The translations under genes and the position numbers were made by a program. The notes under the pieces are model-generated. The model did not search any database. It saw nothing but the letters and a program-made list of their open reading frames with translations, and was not told the DNA's origin. From Herpetosiphonaceae bacterium (lineage in GTDB: Bacteria > Chloroflexota > Chloroflexia > Chloroflexales > Kallotenuaceae), in the NCBI GenBank assembly GCA_013821605.1, contig JACDGP010000005.1:14099-78098 (forward strand): a DNA stretch of 64,000 nucleotides. The letters are read 5' to 3'. Every line of letters starts with the position of its first letter. Within the stretch, counting starts at the first letter, position 1. Below are positions 28,303 to 37,763 of this stretch, one piece after another.

Positions 28303-29535
28303 ATGGCGGACCAGCATATACGGCTGTATGGCACCACCTGGTGCCAGGACTGCAAACGGGCCAAGAAGTTTTTTGGCGAGCATCGGGTGCCGTATGACTT
28401 TATCGATGTCGATGCGGACCGCGAGGGGCTGCGTGTTGTCGAAGAGTCCAACGGGGGCAAGCGCATCATTCCGACGATTGTCTTTGGAGACAACGCGGTG
28501 CTCATCGAGCCATCGAACGCGGAATTGGCCGCCAAGCTCGGACTGCGCACACGGGCAACGTGTCCGTTCTATGACGTGGTGATCGTGGGTGGCGGACCAA
28601 CCGGCCTGACGACAGCACTCTACGCGGCGCGCGAAGGCCTCGACACGTTGGTGATTGAGCGCAGTGGTCTGGGTGGGCAAGCCGGTGTCACCGAGTTGCT
28701 CGACAATTATCCCGGCTTTCCCGAAGGCATTGGCGGCGCGGAGTTTGCGGATCGCCTAGTCGCCCAGTGCCAGCGCTTCGGTGTCGAACTGCTGTCGGCA
28801 GTCGAGGTGAGTTCGATCGAGACGGACGGACAATACCGCGTCGTCAAGCTCACGGATGGTAATGAAGTGCGCTCATATGCGATGTTGCTCGCTCCCGGCT
28901 CAACCTACCGGCGGCTCGGTGTGCCCGGCGAGGAGGATTTCATCGGCGCGGGCGTGCATTTTTGTGCGACGTGTGATGGACCATTCTACCGGGGTCAAGA
29001 CGTGATGGTGATCGGTGGCGGCAACAGCGCGACCGAGGAAGCCGTCTTTTTAACCAAGTTCGCCAGCCATGTGACCATCGTCACCAACGGGCCGCAGCTC
29101 ACATCGAGCAAGGTAGCGCAGGAAAAGGTGCTGGGCGCTCCCCAGATTGATGTATGCTACAATACCGTCGTCAAAGCCTTTAAAGGCGACCATAAGCTCG
29201 CTGGTGTCGTATTAGGGGATCAGACGAACGGGAGCGAGGAAGAACTGCATCCGGCCGGGGTCTTTGTGTTCATCGGGCTGCAGCCCAATACTGCCTTTCT
29301 ACGCGGTGCCGTCGATTTGAACGATGCCGGGTTTATCACAACCAGCCCAACGTTTGAAACGAGCATGCCGGGCGTTTTCGCGGCGGGCGATGCGCGCGCC
29401 GGCAGTACCAAGCAACTGGTGAGCGCTGCCGGAGAAGGGGCGACAGCAGCATTGATGATCCGGCAGTACCTGCAGTCCGTCCGCGAGGCGATGCCAACTG
29501 ACGCCGTGGAGCATGATATGGCGGCTGCAATGTAG
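28303..29535 (+). CDS. Glutaredoxin/NrdH-like domain fused to thioredoxin-disulfide reductase
   Basis: N-terminal 80 aa have a thioredoxin fold with WCQDC. These are followed by YDVVIVGGGPTGLTTALYAAREG, the redox-active CATCDG, and GVFAAGDA. Confidence 0.88.
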   Translation: MADQHIRLYGTTWCQDCKRAKKFFGEHRVPYDFIDVDADREGLRVVEESNGGKRIIPTIVFGDNAVLIEPSNAELAAKLGLRTRATCPFYDVVIVGGGPTGLTTALYAAREGLDTLVIERSGLGGQAGVTELLDNYPGFPEGIGGAEFADRLVAQCQRFGVELLSAVEVSSIETDGQYRVVKLTDGNEVRSYAMLLAPGSTYRRLGVPGEEDFIGAGVHFCATCDGPFYRGQDVMVIGGGNSATEEAVFLTKFASHVTIVTNGPQLTSSKVAQEKVLGAPQIDVCYNTVVKAFKGDHKLAGVVLGDQTNGSEEELHPAGVFVFIGLQPNTAFLRGAVDLNDAGFITTSPTFETSMPGVFAAGDARAGSTKQLVSAAGEGATAALMIRQYLQSVREAMPTDAVEHDMAAAM

Positions 29536-29547
29536 CCCCGCGCGGCA

Positions 29548-30312
29548 TCATGGTGGCAGCAGTGTAGCGAGCTCGGCGAAAACACGGCTCGGGAAAGGAT
29601 CATGACCTGCCCCGGCGATCATGTCACGTGAGATATTTTGATAGCCGTGCTGATCGGCAAGTTGTTTTGCACGTGCCCACTGCTCGTCGAGCGCCGCGAG
29701 CAAGGGATCGCGGTCGCCCTGCAGGGCTTTGATAGGGAGCTGTTGTCGCTGTGGCGCGTCCGATATAACGCCGACGCCTCGGCCAGCATAGTTCGCGCCG
29801 GCCAGCACGGCACCCGCCAAACGCTCGGGATGTTCAAAGATCATCAACCACGTAAGATGCCCACCGGCCGACCAACCGGTGATAAAGAACTTGCGCTGCC
29901 CATGATAGCTGCGCTGAACATCGTCAATAATCGCCAGCACACCTTGCTCGTCAAAGCGGGGCGCACCCGTCTTGGCAACATCATCCCATACGGCTTGAGC
30001 ATAGGGATACTCGCTCGGATTGGGATGTCCCGTATTGGTCAGGACGAAGGGCGCGACGATAATGAACGGCAGAGACCGGCGCGCGAGCATGAAGCGCAGA
30101 CAATTGAACAGGAAGTGACCGTGGTTGGCACCATCAACAACGACTAGGATCGGCCAACTTTTGCTTGGCGTCCAGCCCTGCGGCAGGGCAAGGTAGTATT
30201 GCATCGGGTGCGTCGCAGCAGTACGGTGAAGCGGTAGCTGTTGCCACACCACCCCGCCTACCGTCAGCGTGACGACGAGTGCGCCGATGATGATCTTACG
30301 GCTTTTGCTCAT
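29548..30312 (-). CDS. Secreted or anchored alpha/beta hydrolase (esterase / dienelactone-hydrolase-like)
   Basis: N-terminal hydrophobic segment IIIGALVVTLTVGGVVW and nucleophile elbow GWSAGG. Confidence 0.75.
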   Translation of the reverse strand: MSKSRKIIIGALVVTLTVGGVVWQQLPLHRTAATHPMQYYLALPQGWTPSKSWPILVVVDGANHGHFLFNCLRFMLARRSLPFIIVAPFVLTNTGHPNPSEYPYAQAVWDDVAKTGAPRFDEQGVLAIIDDVQRSYHGQRKFFITGWSAGGHLTWLMIFEHPERLAGAVLAGANYAGRGVGVISDAPQRQQLPIKALQGDRDPLLAALDEQWARAKQLADQHGYQNISRDMIAGAGHDPFPSRVFAELATLLPP

Positions 30313-30488
30313 ACGCCGCCCTCATTAACATGGTACATATTGTACAGGCTGCATGCTGACGGCCGTACGGCCTCTGGCAACGGCGAGCTTGTCGCTGCCG
30401 CCATGTTATTATTGGAACAGAGCACGTGAGTGTTGTGTAGTTCTGAGAACCGCAAGGGCGGCGTGCTCGGCACACGATAGCTTTCCTT

Positions 30489-31337
30489 ATGAGGTTACAT
30501 ATGCTGACGAGTGAAGACCAACAGTTCTTTGAGGAAAATGGGTATGTCGTCGCCCGAGGCCTGTTTAGCTCCGACGAAGTCATACGCTATCGTGAGCATT
30601 TCATGGCGTTGCGCAAGCACGGCTCCTATCCCGGCGATTTCGTCGGCGTTGAGCCGTCGAGCAACGATGCGCTGAAGCGTTACCCGCGCATGATTCATAT
30701 GCACCGCTGGGATGAGCTTTCGTTACAGTGGCTGTTGGACCAGCGGCTCAACGCGTGGCTGAGCGGGCTGCTTGGTCGCGAGCCCTACGCCGTCCAGACG
30801 ATGCTCTACTTTAAGCCGGCAGGTGCACGCGGCCAGGCGCTCCACCAGGATAACTTTTACCTGCGTGCTCAGCCCGGCACCTGCATGGCCGCCTGGCTCG
30901 CGCTTGATCCCTGCGATCCCGCGAACGGCTGTATGCAAGTGGTTCCCGGGAGCCACAGATGGCAACTGTTGTGCACGGTGAAGGCGGATACCACGCTCAG
31001 CTTCACTGACGTGACCGTGCCACTCCCCGCAGGTCAGCAGGTACAGCCGATCGTGATGGCAGCAGGTGATGTGCTGTTCTTCAACGGGGCGCTGGTCCAT
31101 GGCAGCTTTCCCAACACGACGACGGACCGCTTCCGGCGAGCACTGATCGGTCACTATATCGAAGGGGCCGCCGAGCAGGTCGCGCAGTTCTACCATCCGG
31201 CCCTGCGTATGGACGGAACACCTTTGGAGCTAGCAACAAGTAGTGGTGGAGGTACATGTGGCGTGTGGGTTGAGCATGATGGCAGGCACGTCGTGGAAAT
31301 GGTAGGGCAGGAAAGGGTTGTCCGCAAACACGAGTAA
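30489..31337 (+). CDS. Phytanoyl-CoA dioxygenase (PhyH) family Fe(II)/2-oxoglutarate oxygenase
   Basis: FFEENGYVV start, LHQDNFYL (HxD) and distal VHGSFPN. An alternative start is at 30501. Confidence 0.85.
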   Translation: MRLHMLTSEDQQFFEENGYVVARGLFSSDEVIRYREHFMALRKHGSYPGDFVGVEPSSNDALKRYPRMIHMHRWDELSLQWLLDQRLNAWLSGLLGREPYAVQTMLYFKPAGARGQALHQDNFYLRAQPGTCMAAWLALDPCDPANGCMQVVPGSHRWQLLCTVKADTTLSFTDVTVPLPAGQQVQPIVMAAGDVLFFNGALVHGSFPNTTTDRFRRALIGHYIEGAAEQVAQFYHPALRMDGTPLELATSSGGGTCGVWVEHDGRHVVEMVGQERVVRKHE

Positions 31338-31650
31338 GTGAACGATCACAAGCAGGTCATTTGTACGGAGTCGACGTATCGTGGCGGTAGAAAGGTGATC
31401 GGCTTTCACACGCCATCGCAAGGTCGGCTCCTCCGAAAAGGACCCAACCATGACAGACTTGCCCTATGACCCCTGGCAGCAGGTCCGCACGGCCCACGAC
31501 TTTGCCGCCGACGAAATATTTCCGCCTTGCAGAAAGAGATTCGGCGGGGCAGTGTTGAGAATGCAGCCTTGATCGCCTACGAGATGCTCATTACCGGACC
31601 TGAACCGGAGCGCAAGCTGTGGGATCGCCTCTGTAATACGGCTGACCGGA

Positions 31651-32628
31651 CTACGCATAGATCTGAGACAGCGCACCGTCGACATACTGTCGGATGCGTC
31701 GCAGTTCTCCAACCGGATCGGCAGCCGTATCAAGCTCAAAGACGGCCCACCCCTGATACCGCAGCTCGCGCAGTAATCGCACCCACGTCGGCCAGTCGAC
31801 GACGCCCGTACCCACCGTCGCGAACCACTGGATCTGGCGCGCATAGATCGTTTCGTCAATCGGCACATCCGCCGGTGCCGGGCCGACAGCATCCTTCCAG
31901 TGCGTGATCAACAAACGGTCTCGGTGCCGCTTCACGATCTCGATCGGGCTTGATCCGGCAACCGCAAACTGTGCCGTGTCAGGACACAGCGAGACATAGG
32001 TCGGATCGGTCAGGAGCATAAACAGATCGACGTCACGGCTATTGCGAAAGATCGTGAACGCCTCGGGATGAAGGGCTAACTTAACGCCGTACTTCAAGGT
32101 AGCGTGGCCCATCCGGTTCAAAACATCCGCAACCGACTCGGCGAGCTTCAGATCGACAAACAGCGGCGGCTCGGCATCGCGACTACGCCGCTCGGGTAGC
32201 GCCGTCACCATAATCTGTGATCCGCAGCTGCTCAGGAATTCGGCATAGCTGCTGGCCATCTCAATGAGTTGGTCATGATCGGCCGAGTCCGCGAAGTTGG
32301 CGTGCCGTTCGGTGCCATGGATGCGCGTGGAAAAGAAGCCGCTCGAGACCTCAAGCCCACGATCTTTCAGTGCAGAGGAGAAGCCCTGAGCCGATCCATA
32401 AGCCTCCTGCGCACTATGCCAGTCGCCTGGCCGGAATGTGATCTCGATGCCGTCAAGGCCTGCCTCGTGCGAAGCATCAAGAATGCGCTCCCAGAAGCGG
32501 ATAGGGTCCCAGCTACTGCTCCGCACAACGGCGTTAATGTCGTCTAGCGTACCTGAACCGCCCCAGAAGCTCGGAGCATAAAAGGTGACGAGATCGGTCG
32601 AAAACTTGATCTTACGCTCTGCCAGCAT
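31651..32628 (-). CDS. Sugar phosphate isomerase/epimerase (xylose-isomerase-like TIM barrel)
   Basis: Family-like pattern (GLDGIEITF..., ALHPE, WAVFELD). ATG 32628 is preceded by GGGGAG. The longer ORF to 32706 lacks an RBS. Confidence 0.75.
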   Translation of the reverse strand: MLAERKIKFSTDLVTFYAPSFWGGSGTLDDINAVVRSSSWDPIRFWERILDASHEAGLDGIEITFRPGDWHSAQEAYGSAQGFSSALKDRGLEVSSGFFSTRIHGTERHANFADSADHDQLIEMASSYAEFLSSCGSQIMVTALPERRSRDAEPPLFVDLKLAESVADVLNRMGHATLKYGVKLALHPEAFTIFRNSRDVDLFMLLTDPTYVSLCPDTAQFAVAGSSPIEIVKRHRDRLLITHWKDAVGPAPADVPIDETIYARQIQWFATVGTGVVDWPTWVRLLRELRYQGWAVFELDTAADPVGELRRIRQYVDGALSQIYA

Positions 32629-32771
32629 ACCAGCAACTCCCCTGTGAGGCTCCCCGGCTTTCGTGCTCGTGCGTATCAAGGCCGTCACTCGATCATCTGC
32701 CGGCACGGCAAGTATACACCTGTCCTGAAGATCAATCCGTTCCGAGTGAGGCTGCCGGTGGCCCGGACAGG

Positions 32772-33569
32772 TTACTCGTCAACAACGACCGCGTCACCCA
32801 CGTTGATCGTCCCGCCACTCCGGTGAATCAGGTTTTGTCCAAACAGGGCACCCTTCTCGCTACGATGATAGCTCGCCAGGGTGCGGAGCGGTTCCAGACC
32901 TCGTTCGGCTGTCTGCTGGTTCGTGGTGGTAATTGCACACCGTACACAAGGCTTAACGATGGCAAACGCGACCGAACCGATCTGCACGTGGTGCCACTGG
33001 TCCTCGGCATAGGGGTTAGTGCCGGCAACAACAATATTAGGGCGAAAGCGATCCATTGGCAGTGGCCTATCGAGCCGGTTGTTGAGGTCATCTAATGATG
33101 CTTCGTTGGTGAGGAGCACGGGAAAGCCATCCGCAAAGCTCACCTGATCGTTCGGCTGGCCGTATTCCAGATCGACCGGGCGAACCGTGTCGTCCGGCAT
33201 CCATACCAGGCGGCAAGCTGTTCCTAGAAACGTCGTAAACCAACTCGCCGCGTCATCGCCTTGGTCAATCGCCACGCAGCGATCCCGCCATATGGTGACA
33301 TGCACACGCTCCCCACTGTTGTGCTCCCTCAGGACCAGCGGCGGCAGGCCGGGCGCATCCACGCTCAACACACCATCGGCCAGCTGCGGTACAACCAATG
33401 CCAGGCTCGGCTGTTGGCGCTGGGTTAAGAAATCTCCACTTGGTGTGACAACCATGAACCGGCGGTCCTGCCTAATGCCGTGCTCATCCAGGGTTGCTCG
33501 CGCTAGGGCAGTGCCACGACACGACTTGATAGGATACGTATACAAGCCTGCTACATGCATTGGATTCAT
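32772..33569 (-). CDS. MOSC domain protein (MOSC_N beta-barrel plus MOSC)
   Basis: LYTYPIKSCRG N-terminal motif and conserved Cys in KPCVRCAITT. AAGGAGG RBS. Confidence 0.88.
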   Translation of the reverse strand: MNPMHVAGLYTYPIKSCRGTALARATLDEHGIRQDRRFMVVTPSGDFLTQRQQPSLALVVPQLADGVLSVDAPGLPPLVLREHNSGERVHVTIWRDRCVAIDQGDDAASWFTTFLGTACRLVWMPDDTVRPVDLEYGQPNDQVSFADGFPVLLTNEASLDDLNNRLDRPLPMDRFRPNIVVAGTNPYAEDQWHHVQIGSVAFAIVKPCVRCAITTTNQQTAERGLEPLRTLASYHRSEKGALFGQNLIHRSGGTINVGDAVVVDE

Positions 33570-33579
33570 GTTCCTCCTT

Positions 33580-33601
33580 AGTCAAACATAAGTCAAACAT
33601 A
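33580..33601. repeat. Perfect tandem duplication of an 11-nt unit immediately upstream of the MOSC RBS
   Basis: AGTCAAACATA occurs twice (33580-33590 and 33591-33601). On the coding strand this reads TATGTTTGACT x2, followed by AAGGAGGAAC ATG. Confidence 0.9.
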
Positions 33602-33699
33602 GCGAGTACTCTCGCGTGCCAGTGAGACGGGTCTGACGTAAGGTAAGTGCATCGGCTGGGTCGACGCAATATGGCAGACCCGAGCATATTGGCTCAGCA

Positions 33700-36270
33700 T
33701 TACAGGCGCGGATCGACAGGCTCGCTTTCGAGGGCCAGCACGCCGAAGACGCATTCGTGGACGCGGCGCAACGGTTCATGTTGGACGAAGCGCTCCAATG
33801 CCTCGATGCCCAACGCAAATTCGCGGAGGGCTAGCGAGCGTTTGGCGTTCAGCCCACGGGAGCGCAGCCGTTCAAGATTGTGAGTGCGCGTATATTCGGG
33901 GCCATAGATGATGCGCAGGTATTCGCGACCACGGCACTTAATGGCCGGTTGTACCAACCCACGCCGCCCGGTCACGATAAAATCCAGAGGTTTGACGACC
34001 ATGCCTTCGCCGCCACGCTCGGTTAGGGCTTCCCACCACTGAATGCCGACGGCTTCACTATCAGGATCGGTCACGTCGATTACCTTGTAGGGCGTCGCGT
34101 GGAGCAACGAACTCCCCTGAGCAAGCTGTGCAAGCGTTTCCATGTGCCACACATGATCGCGCTGTGTATGCACGCTCCCTTCGGTTGCCAGCAGATGAAA
34201 TGGGGCAAGTTTCAGGTCAGCCATGCTGGATACCGGCCAGCAGTAGTGCTGGTAGGCACGGACATACTGATCGATCAGTTCAGCACGATGGTGGTAGTCC
34301 TCGGCCAGGCTTTGGACATCCACACCCTGAGTGACGGCTTGAGCCAGCACCGCACCTGCTTCTGCGAAGGCTCCCCTGGCCGCCGCACCCACGGCCGCAT
34401 ATTGCTCACGAATGAGCGCCTGTGCCTTGGCCGACCAGGGCATGAGCTCGGCGTCAAGGCAGACCCAGTCGGTATGAAACTGCTCCCACCAGCCGGCAGC
34501 CGAGACCGCAGATTGGACTTCCCGCAGAAAGGCTGCTTCCAGAGCGGGATCATCGAAGAAGCGCCGGCCGGTACGGGTGTAGCAGATACCGAAGCTATCG
34601 TCAATGACACCAAAGCGCTTGGTCGCTACGCCAGCATCACGACAAACGACGACGATAGCCCGCGAGCCCATATGCTTTTCTTCGCAAATCACGCGCTCTA
34701 CGCCTTCATGCCGGTAGTAGCGAAAGGCTTCGTGGGGATACTCCAAGAGACCTGGCTCTTGCGTTGTCTCCGAGGGCGACATCGTCGGCGGTAGGTAGAT
34801 GAGCCACTTAGGATCGGCGGCGAAGCGGCTCATGACTTCGAGTGCCGTGATGGCGTTTTCTTCGCGAATCGTTACACTGCGATGGAGCCGCGTGGTGATT
34901 AAACGCTTGCCGAGCACATCGCTCACATCCAGCACATCATCGTAGATCTGTTGGGCAGTCAGGGCAGGTGCTTCGGTCTCAAGCACCAAAAATGGTTTGA
35001 CCGGCGCGCAATAGGTTACCAGGGCCGGAACCGAAACCAGTGTTGCTTCAGGATAGCGCAAGGCTGTCAGCTTGCCACCGAAGACGCAGCCCGTGTCGAT
35101 GTTAATGGTGCGATTCAGCCATTCAGGATCGGGTACTGGTGTATGGCCATAGACAACCATGGCAGCACCACGGTATTCGGCAGCCCAGTTATAGCGCACC
35201 GGCATACCAAACTCATCGGTTTCACCAGTCGTCTCACCATACAGCGCGAAGTCACGGACTTTGCCCGAGCCACGACCTTGCAAAGCTTGCTTCATACCGG
35301 CATGCGCTACGACCAGCTTGCCATCATCAAGCACATAATGGCTTATGAGGCTATCAAGAAAGGCAGCGACCTGCTCAAGGAACGCCGGTGGCTCCGCGCT
35401 GAGTTGTGCTAGACTTTCTGCGAGTCCATGGCTGATTTGCACATCCTTACCACGTAACTTGCGCATAAGCTTCATATCGTGGTTGCCGGGTACACACAGT
35501 GCCGTTCCCGAGGCAACCATAGCCATCACGAGCCGCAGCACATCGAACACCTGCGGCCCGCGATCCACGAGGTCGCCCAGAAAGATGACGCGCCGGTCGT
35601 CAGGGCAGGCGACGGTATAGCCAGGCTGTCCATCGGCATCGGGCGTGGTCGTGACCTCGTAGCCGAGTTGCTCAAGCAGCAGTTGGAGCTCAGCGAAGCA
35701 GCCATGGATGTCGCCGATGATGTCGAATGGGCCATGCTCATGCTTGCGGTTATTCCATAACGGCTCACGCGTGATGGATGCCGCTGCAATCTCCTCTAAT
35801 GAAGAAAGTACGAAGACGTGGCGGAACCCTTCCTTGTGCAAGCCACGCAAGGATCGGCGTAGCTGCTGTGACTGTTGACGAATGACGTGTGGTCCGAAGG
35901 CGCGGTCTGGACGGGTGCGGTTACGTTCCTGACACAGCTTTTCGGGCAGGTCAAGAACTAGGGCTACGGGCAGGCAGTTGTATTCACGTGCCAGAGCAAC
36001 GAGCGGCTCGCGCGCTTCCGGCTGTACGTTGGTCGCGTCTACGACGGTTAGCTTGCCGGCTGCTAAACGCTTGGCAGCAATATATTGCAGCACGTCGAAA
36101 GCGTCTTTTGTCGCCGCCTGGCTATTCTCGTCGTCGGAAACAAGCCCACGACACGCATCCGAGGACAACACCTCCGTCGGCTTGAAGTGTGTGCGAGCAA
36201 AGGTCGATTTGCCCGAGCCAGAAGCACCGATCAGGACGACCAGAGCGAGCTCGGGAAAGCTAATATCCAT
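33700..36270 (-). CDS. pnkp: Polynucleotide kinase-phosphatase with ligase-like adenylyltransferase domain (bacterial RNA repair Pnkp)
   Basis: P-loop kinase LIGASGSGKSTF, calcineurin-type phosphatase GDIHGC / GDLVDRGP / GNHD, and C-terminal nucleotidyltransferase motif EEKHMGSR. I chose the MDISFPELALVVL start at 36270. Confidence 0.9.
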   Translation of the reverse strand: MDISFPELALVVLIGASGSGKSTFARTHFKPTEVLSSDACRGLVSDDENSQAATKDAFDVLQYIAAKRLAAGKLTVVDATNVQPEAREPLVALAREYNCLPVALVLDLPEKLCQERNRTRPDRAFGPHVIRQQSQQLRRSLRGLHKEGFRHVFVLSSLEEIAAASITREPLWNNRKHEHGPFDIIGDIHGCFAELQLLLEQLGYEVTTTPDADGQPGYTVACPDDRRVIFLGDLVDRGPQVFDVLRLVMAMVASGTALCVPGNHDMKLMRKLRGKDVQISHGLAESLAQLSAEPPAFLEQVAAFLDSLISHYVLDDGKLVVAHAGMKQALQGRGSGKVRDFALYGETTGETDEFGMPVRYNWAAEYRGAAMVVYGHTPVPDPEWLNRTINIDTGCVFGGKLTALRYPEATLVSVPALVTYCAPVKPFLVLETEAPALTAQQIYDDVLDVSDVLGKRLITTRLHRSVTIREENAITALEVMSRFAADPKWLIYLPPTMSPSETTQEPGLLEYPHEAFRYYRHEGVERVICEEKHMGSRAIVVVCRDAGVATKRFGVIDDSFGICYTRTGRRFFDDPALEAAFLREVQSAVSAAGWWEQFHTDWVCLDAELMPWSAKAQALIREQYAAVGAAARGAFAEAGAVLAQAVTQGVDVQSLAEDYHHRAELIDQYVRAYQHYCWPVSSMADLKLAPFHLLATEGSVHTQRDHVWHMETLAQLAQGSSLLHATPYKVIDVTDPDSEAVGIQWWEALTERGGEGMVVKPLDFIVTGRRGLVQPAIKCRGREYLRIIYGPEYTRTHNLERLRSRGLNAKRSLALREFALGIEALERFVQHEPLRRVHECVFGVLALESEPVDPRL

Positions 36271-37654
36271 GGCGCGTCCATACTCCCATTTGGGTTGGCG
36301 CTCCAGCTTCGGCATCCTCGGGTCCGACCGGCAAAAACTTAACAGTATACCCAAAGCGCTCGGCAACACTCTTAGCCCAACTCTGAAACTCTGCGCGCGT
36401 CCACTCGAAGCGATGATCACGGTGCCGAAAGTTACCGGCGGGTAGCTGCTCCCAGCGCACGTTATACTCGGAATTGGGCGTAGTAACGACCACTGTTCCA
36501 GGCTTGGCCCACTCCCACAGTACTCGCTCGAAAGCAGCCAGGCGGGGTGGGTCCAGATGCTCGATCACCTCGACGACCGCCGCAGCATCATAGCCGGCCA
36601 GCCGTTGATCACGGTAATTGAGCGAACCTTGGATAAGGCGCACACGTTCGCGCTGCATTTCGGGCAAACGCTCAAGATGGATGCGCTCGTGTGCCAGTTC
36701 TAAGCTCCGATACGATACGTCCATCCCAACGATTTCCTCAAACTGCTTATCTGCCAGCAGTGCCCCGATCAACCGGCCTTCACCGCAGCCCAGATCGAGC
36801 ACGCGCCGCGCGCCGGAGGCACGCAGTGTAGCGACGACCGCACCCATGCGTTGCTGCTGGAGGCTCATGCGCTCCTCAACTACGGCCTCTTCACGCTCAT
36901 GCGCTGCGACCATAGCATCGGGGTCAGGTTGTTCAACTAAGCGCGCTAAAGCTGATTGAGCTAGACTCTTGCGATGCTTGAGATAGCGCTTGGTAATGAG
37001 TTCGCGTTCGGGATGGGTCGCCAGCCAACCGTGGCCAAAACGCAATAGCTTCTCGACCTCGTCATCGCCAACATAATAATGCTTGTCGTTATCCAGCACC
37101 GGAATGAGCACATAGAGATGGGTCAGCAACTCCTGTAAGCATACCTCCGCCGTAAGGTGCAGGGTAAAATAAGCGCTGTCACCCCACTCTGGAACATGCG
37201 TGTCCAGTACATGATGATCGACGGCCACGGCGTAGCCAAGGGGCTCCCAGAGACGGCGAAGTAATGCTTCACCACCGTCGCATGGAACAACGGCGAGGGT
37301 TGCGGCGAAGGGCAAAGCAGTTTGTGCGAGCTCGGGTCGTTCTTTGCTCCGACCGCCCAGGGCAGTCCCTAAAATCTGATTGATCGCAACGCTCATAAAC
37401 GAAGATGCGACGTAGGGCCGATCATTGACATACTGTTGTAGGGCGAAACCTTCGCTTTCATGCCCGCGCACCAACCCAACAGCATCAACATCGAGCAACA
37501 GCGCAACGGTGCAACGATCCAGAGACGCCTCAGGATAGAACAGGTGCACCTGACCAAACGACATTGGAAACGATTGTAGCCGTGCCGGGTTTTTATGAAG
37601 GAGGTAGCCCAAATCAGTAGCCGGTGTATGCGTGGTTGTGATGGTGAGCAGCAT
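36260..37654 (-). CDS. hen1: 3'-terminal RNA ribose 2'-O-methyltransferase Hen1
   Basis: N-terminus MLLTITTTHTPATDLGYLLHKNPARLQSF is typical of bacterial Hen1. C-terminal SAM motif VLDLGCGEGRL. It overlaps the pnkp start by 11 nt. Confidence 0.88.
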   Translation of the reverse strand: MLLTITTTHTPATDLGYLLHKNPARLQSFPMSFGQVHLFYPEASLDRCTVALLLDVDAVGLVRGHESEGFALQQYVNDRPYVASSFMSVAINQILGTALGGRSKERPELAQTALPFAATLAVVPCDGGEALLRRLWEPLGYAVAVDHHVLDTHVPEWGDSAYFTLHLTAEVCLQELLTHLYVLIPVLDNDKHYYVGDDEVEKLLRFGHGWLATHPERELITKRYLKHRKSLAQSALARLVEQPDPDAMVAAHEREEAVVEERMSLQQQRMGAVVATLRASGARRVLDLGCGEGRLIGALLADKQFEEIVGMDVSYRSLELAHERIHLERLPEMQRERVRLIQGSLNYRDQRLAGYDAAAVVEVIEHLDPPRLAAFERVLWEWAKPGTVVVTTPNSEYNVRWEQLPAGNFRHRDHRFEWTRAEFQSWAKSVAERFGYTVKFLPVGPEDAEAGAPTQMGVWTRHGY

Positions 37655-37763
37655 GCCTAACAATAGCATATTTTTCTGATGATCCAAGTACTGCCCATCT
37701 CGTTGGAACAATCCCTGCTGTGCTGCTGATGGAGGATTTGTACTACCATTGAAGGGGGCTTCG

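Noticed and set aside
36271-36420. Upstream extension of pnkp (and likewise 37655-37930 for hen1)
   Set aside because: Family-typical N-termini (MDISFPELALVVLIG... and MLLTITTTH...) begin at internal ATGs. The extensions overlap neighbouring genes and look non-coding.
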